From the NCBI GenBank assembly GCA_043745805.1, contig JAYTSD010000010.1:1-34901 (forward strand): a DNA stretch of 34,901 nucleotides, given 5' to 3'. This stretch comes from Fibrobacteria bacterium (GTDB lineage Bacteria > Fibrobacterota > Fibrobacteria > UBA11236). Of this stretch, positions 28,216-34,901 are shown in pieces (position 1 is the first letter of the stretch; every line of letters starts with the position of its first letter). Below the pieces are notes generated by a model. The model saw only the letters and a program-made list of their open reading frames with translations, had not been told where the DNA came from and did not search any database. A program made the translations under genes and the position numbers.

Positions 28216-29169
28216 TCAAAAAAGCAGAGCCTTGCTTTCTTTTTTAAACTTTCCTTGTTGCACTTTCACAAAGACCAAACCTTGTTTGAAACTACCTGCA
28301 TTGAGTGAAAGCAAGTTTTTCCCCGCATTAATATGCGCATAATTTTGAATGGCAAGCAAGCGACCCGAAGCATCTAATAATTGCACGGTAACATTTTCTT
28401 GACTAGGTAAGTTTAATGACAAATGAATTATATGGTTGGACTGCGCAGTAATCTTTTCGATTTGCAAGGCATTAACATTTCCATCAAATGCTTTTTGATT
28501 TATACCTATAACACCTGCATACTCAAGTTCAAAATATTGAATATTAAAAGGCCCATAGCCAATGATTTCGGAGCGAATGACTTGCACGCCTTCTTTTAAA
28601 ACCAATTGCGCAATGTTTTTTTGGAATTGCCAATTATGATACGACCAAGCTCCCGTAAATTTTGCGGCATATGCTAAACGAATCACTCCTGTAGAAACTG
28701 AATCCGTTCCATCCAAAGCGGAAATTTTAATATCCGGATTTTTCGTTTCAATTCCCACCGTGCATTTAATATGAATCTTATATGTGCCCGCTTGTTTTAC
28801 ATTGACTGTAAGCTTAACATAATCGCCAGGCTCTACATAACCCCAAAGCGGTTCACCATTACGGATAGTTGTTGTATCCCCAGGTGCTACCACATCTATC
28901 CCTTCAATTTTTGCCAAGTCCACACCGGTTGGATTTCTGACTGCATAGGCGCCTTTATTATCATTGGCACTAAAATCAAACCAAGCGACACCTTTCCCAC
29001 CATTGTCATAACGTTCGGGTTGAATACGTCCAGGGATATTAGTTATGGAATCTTTATAAGGAGTTCCTGTATAGCCAGTCGGCAAAGCCGCCCTAGACTC
29101 CGTAACAAGAGTGGTTGCGAAACCTGCGAAAAGCATTAATGAGAAAATGGATTTTATTTTATTTTGCAT
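28216..29169 (-). CDS. Secreted CBM6-like carbohydrate-binding protein with T9SS-type C-terminal domain
   Basis: Signal peptide, IPGRIQPERYDNGG.GVAW.D, GDYVK.TVNV.QAGTY, L.EG.QVIR...N..Y. The CTD reads V.VQLLDASGR...G.......QGLVFVKV. Confidence 0.8.
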   Translation of the reverse strand: MQNKIKSIFSLMLFAGFATTLVTESRAALPTGYTGTPYKDSITNIPGRIQPERYDNGGKGVAWFDFSANDNKGAYAVRNPTGVDLAKIEGIDVVAPGDTTTIRNGEPLWGYVEPGDYVKLTVNVKQAGTYKIHIKCTVGIETKNPDIKISALDGTDSVSTGVIRLAYAAKFTGAWSYHNWQFQKNIAQLVLKEGVQVIRSEIIGYGPFNIQYFELEYAGVIGINQKAFDGNVNALQIEKITAQSNHIIHLSLNLPSQENVTVQLLDASGRLLAIQNYAHINAGKNLLSLNAGSFKQGLVFVKVQQGKFKKESKALLF

Positions 29170-29189
29170 TTACTTCCCCTTTTTATTCG

Positions 29190-29222
29190 AAAAAAAACCT
29201 AAGCATCTTTAATGCTTAGGTT
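29190..29222 (-). terminator. Rho-independent terminator between the two CBM paralogs
   Basis: On the minus strand, AACCTAAGCAT-TAAAG-ATGCTTAGGTT (11-bp stem) followed by a T-run. Confidence 0.75.
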
Positions 29223-29267
29223 ATGAAAATTTTCAGATGAAAATTTACCCTAAAAACTGCAGTTGTG

Positions 29268-30203
29268 TTAAAAAAGTAGTGCTTTGCTCTCTTTTTTAAA
29301 TTTGCCTTGCTGCACTTTCACAAAGACTAAACCTTGTTTAAAGTTGCCCGCATGAAGCGATATTAAATTCGATCCTAAATTTACTTTTGCATAGCTTTGA
29401 TTAGCAAGCACGCGACCAGAGGCATCTAATAATTGCACGGTGATGGCTTCTTGGCTAGGCAAGTTTAGGGACAAATTAATATCGTGGGATTGTGCTGTGA
29501 TTTTTTCAATTTGAATGGAGCTTGGTATCACTAGTGCTTTTTGATTTATTCCAACTGGCCCTGCCAATCGAAAATCAATATAATCAATATTCATGGGACC
29601 ATTTCCAATGATATCAAAGCGTAACACTTGTATACCGGAATCTAAACTCATTGTCGCAACATCTTTGGTATATACCCAATGATGAAAATAAGTGGTTAGG
29701 GGCAATACTATTTGTCCAGTTCCTACGGAATCTGTGCCATTTAAAAGTGAAACCCCAACCCATGGATTTACAGTTCCTTGAGCAGCAGAAAGAATATTCA
29801 GTTTATAGCTACCAGCTTGAGATACATGGACCGTATATTTTGTCCAATCGCCCATATTGGTTTCAGCTAAGTAACAATTTTGTCCTTCGTTTTTAATCAT
29901 AGAATCAGCTTCAGGAGTATCACCCTTATCACCACCTGCACCCATCTTCTGTAAGCCTACACCGGTGGAGTCACGTACTTTGCAGTACCATGCATTGGTC
30001 TTGTTAAAATCATGCCATACTACATCTTTGGGACCCTGATCGAAACTAAAAGCACGAAATCGGCCGGGTATTTCTTGCGTCTTTAAATAAGGATAACCTT
30101 TATACCCAGGTGGCAAAGTTGCACTTACTTGAAAAACAATTGCGGCACCACAAATTATGGTCAATGAGGATAATATTTTTTTAGTCATTTTAAATTGATG
30201 CAT
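29268..30203 (-). CDS. Secreted CBM6-like carbohydrate-binding protein with T9SS-type C-terminal domain (paralog of 28216..29169)
   Basis: Signal peptide, IPGRF....FDQG, GDWTKYTV.V.QAG.Y, NIDYIDF, and a near-identical CTD. Start placed at ATG 30203 after AGGATGG. Confidence 0.8.
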   Translation of the reverse strand: MHQFKMTKKILSSLTIICGAAIVFQVSATLPPGYKGYPYLKTQEIPGRFRAFSFDQGPKDVVWHDFNKTNAWYCKVRDSTGVGLQKMGAGGDKGDTPEADSMIKNEGQNCYLAETNMGDWTKYTVHVSQAGSYKLNILSAAQGTVNPWVGVSLLNGTDSVGTGQIVLPLTTYFHHWVYTKDVATMSLDSGIQVLRFDIIGNGPMNIDYIDFRLAGPVGINQKALVIPSSIQIEKITAQSHDINLSLNLPSQEAITVQLLDASGRVLANQSYAKVNLGSNLISLHAGNFKQGLVFVKVQQGKFKKESKALLF

Positions 30204-30654
30204 GGTCCATCCTATAAATATTTGGATTGAAATATGTATCACCCTAGGCCCCCACCATTTTAACCTTTTACGGGGATGATATTCTTACAGCACTAAAGTT
30301 ATCTGTTTTTTACTCTAATTTGTTGACACTTTCGAAAGGAGTGCCCAATAGGCTAAAATTTGCAAGGATTTTTGCTTCTTTGTTATTTGCTTGTACTAAT
30401 CCACCGGCCTCGAAGCCTTAGTATAGGCTTTTCAATTCTCCCCTCTGTTTTTTAAATCCCTGTAAATCAAAATGGCCTTGATAAATAATCCTCACCTCAG
30501 GAAAAGCATTTCTTTCATCTTTTATTGTAGAGTTTTTAATTTCGGTTAAGTTTTGGCGACTAATTATCAGGCTTGCTAGCCATCCTAAAAAGACCGATTT
30601 TTAGGGTCACGTTTGCTACATTTTTATCCATCGCAAAATATTTAAGGGGGGCTT

Positions 30655-32397
30655 TTGGCTAAATTCACTGGACAAACAGACAAAGTAGAAATCTTCCAAT
30701 TGCAATCTTTAATTCTAGATGCCTATTGGCATGTCCCCGAAGGTTACGTTAACGGCAGTGCTACGCTAGAAGTACGCACGGCTTATGTAGCCACGGGCTC
30801 ACCGCTAACAGTTACTATTAAAAACATCAAAGGCGAAACCCTAGAAAAACTCTCGGGAAAAATCGTCTCTGAAATTTATCGTAAAAAAATTACCCTTGGC
30901 CCTAAAGCCGCTGGCGGTATCTTTTTCGAAGTGGAATTACCCGAACACCATTTAAAAGCCCAAGGCCCAAATCTCCGTGTACCAGCATCCATCAAACTAA
31001 GCCATCCCACTTGGAAAGAAAAAGCTACGGGTAAAGATGTGACTGTGCTCAAACGAGAAATGCATTTAATACTCGAAACCACCGTGGAAGGTGTTCCCGA
31101 AAACACGGACGGTACCATTAGCATTATGGAAAAGCATGGTAACCAAACTCATACCCATGTTGTCTTAGGTGTAAAAGCCAAAGCCGGAAAGTTCACGGCC
31201 ATTTATTCCTTTGATTATCCGCGGGATACTCAACCCTTGCAATCCAAAGACGCGAAACAAAAAACCGGCGAAAAATATCAAACCCCTAAAATCTTTTTTG
31301 AAGCTGCTTGCCTTGGAATGAAAATTTTAAGTAATGAAATTGAGTTTAAAGATGGTATTAAAGTAGCGGTAAAAGATGAACATGAACAACTTTTACCAAA
31401 GCGTAAAGTTAAGGTAACCCTTCCCGATGGTTCGCATCGGGAAATGGAATCGGATCATCATGGTTTTGTGTATGTGGATAATTTTCATCCTGGGCAATTA
31501 TCGGTGCAGATATTGCCGGTTACCGATCCTCCAACGCAAGTGCCGCTGAGGCCGAAGGAGGAGGAGGGTGGTGTAAGCGGTGGTCATGGTGCAAGTGGGA
31601 GTTGGGAGGAAGAGAGTGAATCAACAGATAAAGTGATTAAAAAAGGAGATCATGGTCCTGTTGTAGAAGAGTTGAATATACGACTTGCTGGATTTGGGGG
31701 AGGCGTTCCTAAGGATGTTTTTGATGATGAAACCGAGAAGAAGGTAAAGCAATTTCAATCGCTGTATATGAAGATGGCGCAACCTACTGGCCTATTTGAT
31801 GTGGACACTGCAAAAAATATGGATGAGTTTTCGGACAAATATACCATTAATTTGGAGTCATTTAAATGTAAATGCGGAGGATGTACCGGTTTTGGAAATG
31901 CAAAATTTAAAGAGGATTCTAAAAAACACGAATACCCAGGCATGCATCGCTCACTTTTATGGGCGTTGAAAGGATTGTTTTCTTATATCAAAGAAGTTGA
32001 TTTAACATTTCATGAAATTAGTAGTGGGTATAGATGTTGGACAGATAATAAACAACATAATCGTGAAAGTACCAACCACATGGGTAAAGCTATGGACTTA
32101 ACTTTTTACGAATCAAAAACTAGCGTTAAAAAAAAGGCTGTTAAAGAAGATTGTGACAAGGTTCGTAAACTTCTGGAAAAAAAGATAAATGGTCAGATTC
32201 GTTGGAAGGATAAAAACAAGTTTTCGATGGAGCCCAGCGATAAAAGTTATCCTAAAGAATTTGTCGCTACTAATTGGGTTCACATTGATGTTCGAGAATT
32301 TGAAAAGAAATATTTGGAAGACCGGTTTTTTTGTAAGTCAAATGAAACATTGATGGGGAAAAAAATGTACGAACTATGGAAAGAATTAAAAGTTTAA
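30655..32397 (+). CDS. Modular protein: unknown beta-rich N-terminal domains + peptidoglycan-binding domain + M15-family Zn peptidase (candidate effector)
   Basis: PG-binding motif KKGD.G..V.ELN.RL...F...TE..VKQFQ......TG..D..T. M15 motifs FKCKC, ISSGYRC..N, NHMGKAMD and WVHIDV. No signal peptide. TTG start follows AAGGGGGG. Confidence 0.8.
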   Translation: MAKFTGQTDKVEIFQLQSLILDAYWHVPEGYVNGSATLEVRTAYVATGSPLTVTIKNIKGETLEKLSGKIVSEIYRKKITLGPKAAGGIFFEVELPEHHLKAQGPNLRVPASIKLSHPTWKEKATGKDVTVLKREMHLILETTVEGVPENTDGTISIMEKHGNQTHTHVVLGVKAKAGKFTAIYSFDYPRDTQPLQSKDAKQKTGEKYQTPKIFFEAACLGMKILSNEIEFKDGIKVAVKDEHEQLLPKRKVKVTLPDGSHREMESDHHGFVYVDNFHPGQLSVQILPVTDPPTQVPLRPKEEEGGVSGGHGASGSWEEESESTDKVIKKGDHGPVVEELNIRLAGFGGGVPKDVFDDETEKKVKQFQSLYMKMAQPTGLFDVDTAKNMDEFSDKYTINLESFKCKCGGCTGFGNAKFKEDSKKHEYPGMHRSLLWALKGLFSYIKEVDLTFHEISSGYRCWTDNKQHNRESTNHMGKAMDLTFYESKTSVKKKAVKEDCDKVRKLLEKKINGQIRWKDKNKFSMEPSDKSYPKEFVATNWVHIDVREFEKKYLEDRFFCKSNETLMGKKMYELWKELKV

Positions 32398-32399
32398 AA

Positions 32400-33188
32400 A
32401 TGCGTGGCTTAAAAATTAAATGGTTATTAGTAGTTGTTGGTATAACCTTTATTTCATGTAAGAAAATCGAACAAAAAAAACCGGCTGAGAATAATAATTT
32501 GAATGTACAAAGTCAGCCAGAACAAGGTTTTACACAAAATCAAGAATTACCAATACATCATTTTATCGACCAATGGACATATAGCGGCTCATTATCTGAA
32601 TTCAAAAAAAATATTTTAATCAACATTGATAGGGGAAATCAAAATGAAATTCTCTCTACTTTTTCTGAACTACTAGAAATCAATCCTGGAACCGCCAAAG
32701 GGGGGCAAGGAATTATTGAGACTTGGGGATTAAACGGTGGATCTGAAAAGCTAAAACCACTACAATTTCTTTTGAAAAATTTAATCTCCGGTGGTGGTTG
32801 TATCGGGCAATTAGAAAATGACAGTACCTTTACATCACCGTATTACAACTGTTTTTCCGATCAAGAAAAAGTAAAGTATAATAGCTCTGATATTGGTATC
32901 GTTACTCAAGTTGGTGCAGAAATGTATGCAGAACCAGATAGTAACTTAAAAATAATGACAACTCTTCATCCCAATGAAATTGTACCGTCGTATTTGGATA
33001 CGCTTTGCGATGAACACTTCTCTAACTGCCTTTGGCGAAAAATAAACCGTAACAATGGACAAATAGGCTTTATAAAAACAGAAAAGTTACAAACAAAAAA
33101 TGATGGGTTTTTGTGGTTAGTTAAAGAAAAAAATGCATGGAAAATTCGCGTAATAAAAGGGCCCGGAATTAATTCTGATGATATTTAA
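32400..33188 (+). CDS. Lipoprotein with SH3b-like domain (candidate immunity protein)
   Basis: MRGLKIKWLLVVVGITFISC lipobox. SH3b-like A.MYAEPD....IMTTL...E.V...W.KI....G..GFI. Starts 2 nt after the peptidase stop. Confidence 0.7.
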   Translation: MRGLKIKWLLVVVGITFISCKKIEQKKPAENNNLNVQSQPEQGFTQNQELPIHHFIDQWTYSGSLSEFKKNILINIDRGNQNEILSTFSELLEINPGTAKGGQGIIETWGLNGGSEKLKPLQFLLKNLISGGGCIGQLENDSTFTSPYYNCFSDQEKVKYNSSDIGIVTQVGAEMYAEPDSNLKIMTTLHPNEIVPSYLDTLCDEHFSNCLWRKINRNNGQIGFIKTEKLQTKNDGFLWLVKEKNAWKIRVIKGPGINSDDI

Positions 33189-33341
33189 AGCTTTAACCCC
33201 CTAGCCCAAGCACAAATATCAGTAACGAAAATCTGGAATTTGAGTTTACTCTTCACCCCTGCATTTTAATCCTCGGCATTATATTGAAAACAATTCTCAA
33301 TGGGCTTACTCTATAAAAGCCATTTTTTTGTTAGGGAAATA

Positions 33342-34775
33342 ATGCCTAAAAATAATATCCACTCCTCACTTAAATATACATGCCTATTTATTTGCGCTAT
33401 TACTTTACAATCACTCTCTGCGGCCACGTTTACCATCACCAAAGTTGGAACTGGATTTCAATTACAAAAAGATGGCGCACCCTTTGTAGTTAAAGGTGTT
33501 GTGAATGGTAACTTTCCTTCCCTTACGGGCACAAATGATGCGCAACCTTACCTCGCTGCTATTGTTGCAGCAGGAGGAAATGCCATGCGCACTCCGAGTC
33601 AAGATATAGGCTTACTCGACCAAGCCGCAAAATTGGGCATTTCGGTATTAATGGATATTTCGGGAAACGATATTAATGCAGCCAAAGCGGCAGTAACTAA
33701 ACTCAAAGATCATTCGGCCATTATGATGTGGTCCGTGGGCAATGAATTAGAAGCCAGCTCCGGCAATAAGGCAGCGACATTTCAAACGATTAATCAAATC
33801 GCTCAAGCAATTAAAGCTATCGACAATAAACATATCGTCATTACTATGGTTGCTGAATTGGGAACAGATAATTTGCAATTAGCACAAGCGAATTGCCCCA
33901 ATCTAGACGCTATAGGAATTAATGCCTATGGTAGTGCCGCTTCATTGCCAGGACGTATTGCCAAAACGGGTTGGGATAGAGCTTGGTTCCTCAGCGAAAT
34001 GGGTCCGCTAGGATGGTGGGAAGTACCCAAAACCCCTTGGGGATTACCCCTAGAGCCCACTAGTACCGAAAAAGCCGCTACTTATTTAAACACTTATCAA
34101 TCGACCATAGGCTCCTCTCCACAACTTTGTTTAGGCACATTTATTTTTTTATGGGGTAGCAAGCAAGAGAAAACGCATACTTGGTTTGGAGTGCAATTAC
34201 CAGGTGCCATGCCTTTAGGTGCCGTGGATATTATCACCTTTGCTTGGACGGGAAAATATCCAGCCAATCGCTGCCCCAATATTGGTATGGGTAAAATAAA
34301 ATTAAATGCCGAAAACGTATCGGGTGATGGCAGTGGGCGAGTATTTAATCCGGGAACTTTTTTGATCTGTGACCTAGACGTTATTGATCCCGAAAACGAT
34401 GCGGTTACCGTAACCTGGGATATACGCCTTGATGTATCAGGCAATCCCGCTACTGGCGGAGGCGCGGAACCTCCTACACTTGCAATTGCTGGAGCCGTTT
34501 TGGTACAAGGAAAAACCGCCAAGATTCATGTGCCCGCAACGACAGGAAATTATCGCATTTTTGCTTACGCTATAGACTCTAAAGGCTCCGCAGCCACAGC
34601 GAATGCCGCCATCCAAGCTGCTGGGCAAATTTCCATTTTACCTAAACAGCAGAATAGAAATCTTTCCAAATTACCTAGCCTTAGCAATAACAATTATCGC
34701 ATGGAATTCATTCCCGGACAAAACACAGTGAAAAGTTGGAAAAGTTATTTAGCGAATGGCGATTTTTTTAAATAG
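33342..34775 (+). CDS. Secreted glycoside hydrolase, GH2-like TIM barrel (clan GH-A) with C-terminal Ig-like domain
   Basis: Signal peptide, DG.PF.VKGV, GGN.MRT, acid/base WSVGNELE, GINAYG, nucleophile-like SEMGP.GWWE, QEKTHTWFG, and an Ig-like DPEND...W...G.YRIF.Y. Confidence 0.8.
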   Translation: MPKNNIHSSLKYTCLFICAITLQSLSAATFTITKVGTGFQLQKDGAPFVVKGVVNGNFPSLTGTNDAQPYLAAIVAAGGNAMRTPSQDIGLLDQAAKLGISVLMDISGNDINAAKAAVTKLKDHSAIMMWSVGNELEASSGNKAATFQTINQIAQAIKAIDNKHIVITMVAELGTDNLQLAQANCPNLDAIGINAYGSAASLPGRIAKTGWDRAWFLSEMGPLGWWEVPKTPWGLPLEPTSTEKAATYLNTYQSTIGSSPQLCLGTFIFLWGSKQEKTHTWFGVQLPGAMPLGAVDIITFAWTGKYPANRCPNIGMGKIKLNAENVSGDGSGRVFNPGTFLICDLDVIDPENDAVTVTWDIRLDVSGNPATGGGAEPPTLAIAGAVLVQGKTAKIHVPATTGNYRIFAYAIDSKGSAATANAAIQAAGQISILPKQQNRNLSKLPSLSNNNYRMEFIPGQNTVKSWKSYLANGDFFK

Positions 34776-34804
34776 GGTTTGAATTTTGTTTGTAGAGACG
34801 AGGG

Positions 34805-34901
34805 TGTTGTCCGGAATTATGTTTACAAAATTCGGAGACATAATGAAAGAACTGGTCAATCAGCGAAATTTTACCGAAGAATTCAAACGGTTTGTGGTAT
34901 C
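34805..34901 (+). mobile_element. Probable left end of an IS3-family insertion sequence (truncated at window edge)
   Basis: TG-initiated end TGTTGTCCGGAATTATGTTTACA, GGAG RBS, and an ORF from 34843 (MKELVNQRNFTEEFKRFVV...) resembling IS3 OrfA starts (R.F/Y..EFK...V). Confidence 0.55.

Noticed and set aside
30243..30654. Hairpins (CACTTTC-GAAA-GGAGTG, AAGCCT-N6-AGGCTT, CCTAAAAA-N6-TTTTTAGG) as a c-di-GMP or other riboswitch, and a start-less minus-strand frame
   Set aside because: The GGCAAA/GACGCAAA core of c-di-GMP-I is missing, the stems are short, and the open frame has no start codon.
351..34628. Many short ORF-track entries antisense to or nested in long genes (e.g. 2306..2671, 13381..13806, 17277..17924, 34097..34522)
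   Set aside because: Shadow ORFs of well-supported genes, with no recognisable motifs.
1..34901. CRISPR array, prophage, retron/RT or other defence system
   Set aside because: No regularly spaced repeats and no cas, integrase, phage structural or reverse transcriptase motifs were seen.

Overview
AT-rich bacterial chromosomal window. Gene content (SprA-like barrel, T9SS-type C-terminal domains, DivIVA, TonB receptor, carbohydrate-binding proteins) suggests an FCB-group organism, perhaps Fibrobacterota; this is inference. The left half is mostly housekeeping: the 3' part of a SprA-like gene, RNase E/G, tRNA-Leu(TAG), tig-clpP-clpX-lon-yggS, divIVA, an unannotated 51-aa membrane protein, a MORN-variant lipoprotein, a cyclophilin-FKBP fusion, hypothetical membrane proteins, a YciB-like protein and folE2. 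The middle holds a cobalamin riboswitch ahead of a BtuB-like receptor and a beta-propeller lipoprotein, an orphan ECF ATPase, trpF, a coupled DUF486 + DUF2063-like pair with no DUF692 partner in the window, a multiply broken modE pseudogene, and modA divergent from modBC. The right accessory region has two paralogous non-catalytic CBM6-like proteins with T9SS-like tails, a signal-peptide-less modular M15 peptidoglycan peptidase followed by an SH3-like lipoprotein, a clan GH-A (GH2-like) hydrolase, and the probable left end of an IS3-family element. The peptidase/lipoprotein pair, a candidate polymorphic effector-immunity module, is the best lead for a new system. All family assignments come from motifs recognised by eye; no database searches were run.
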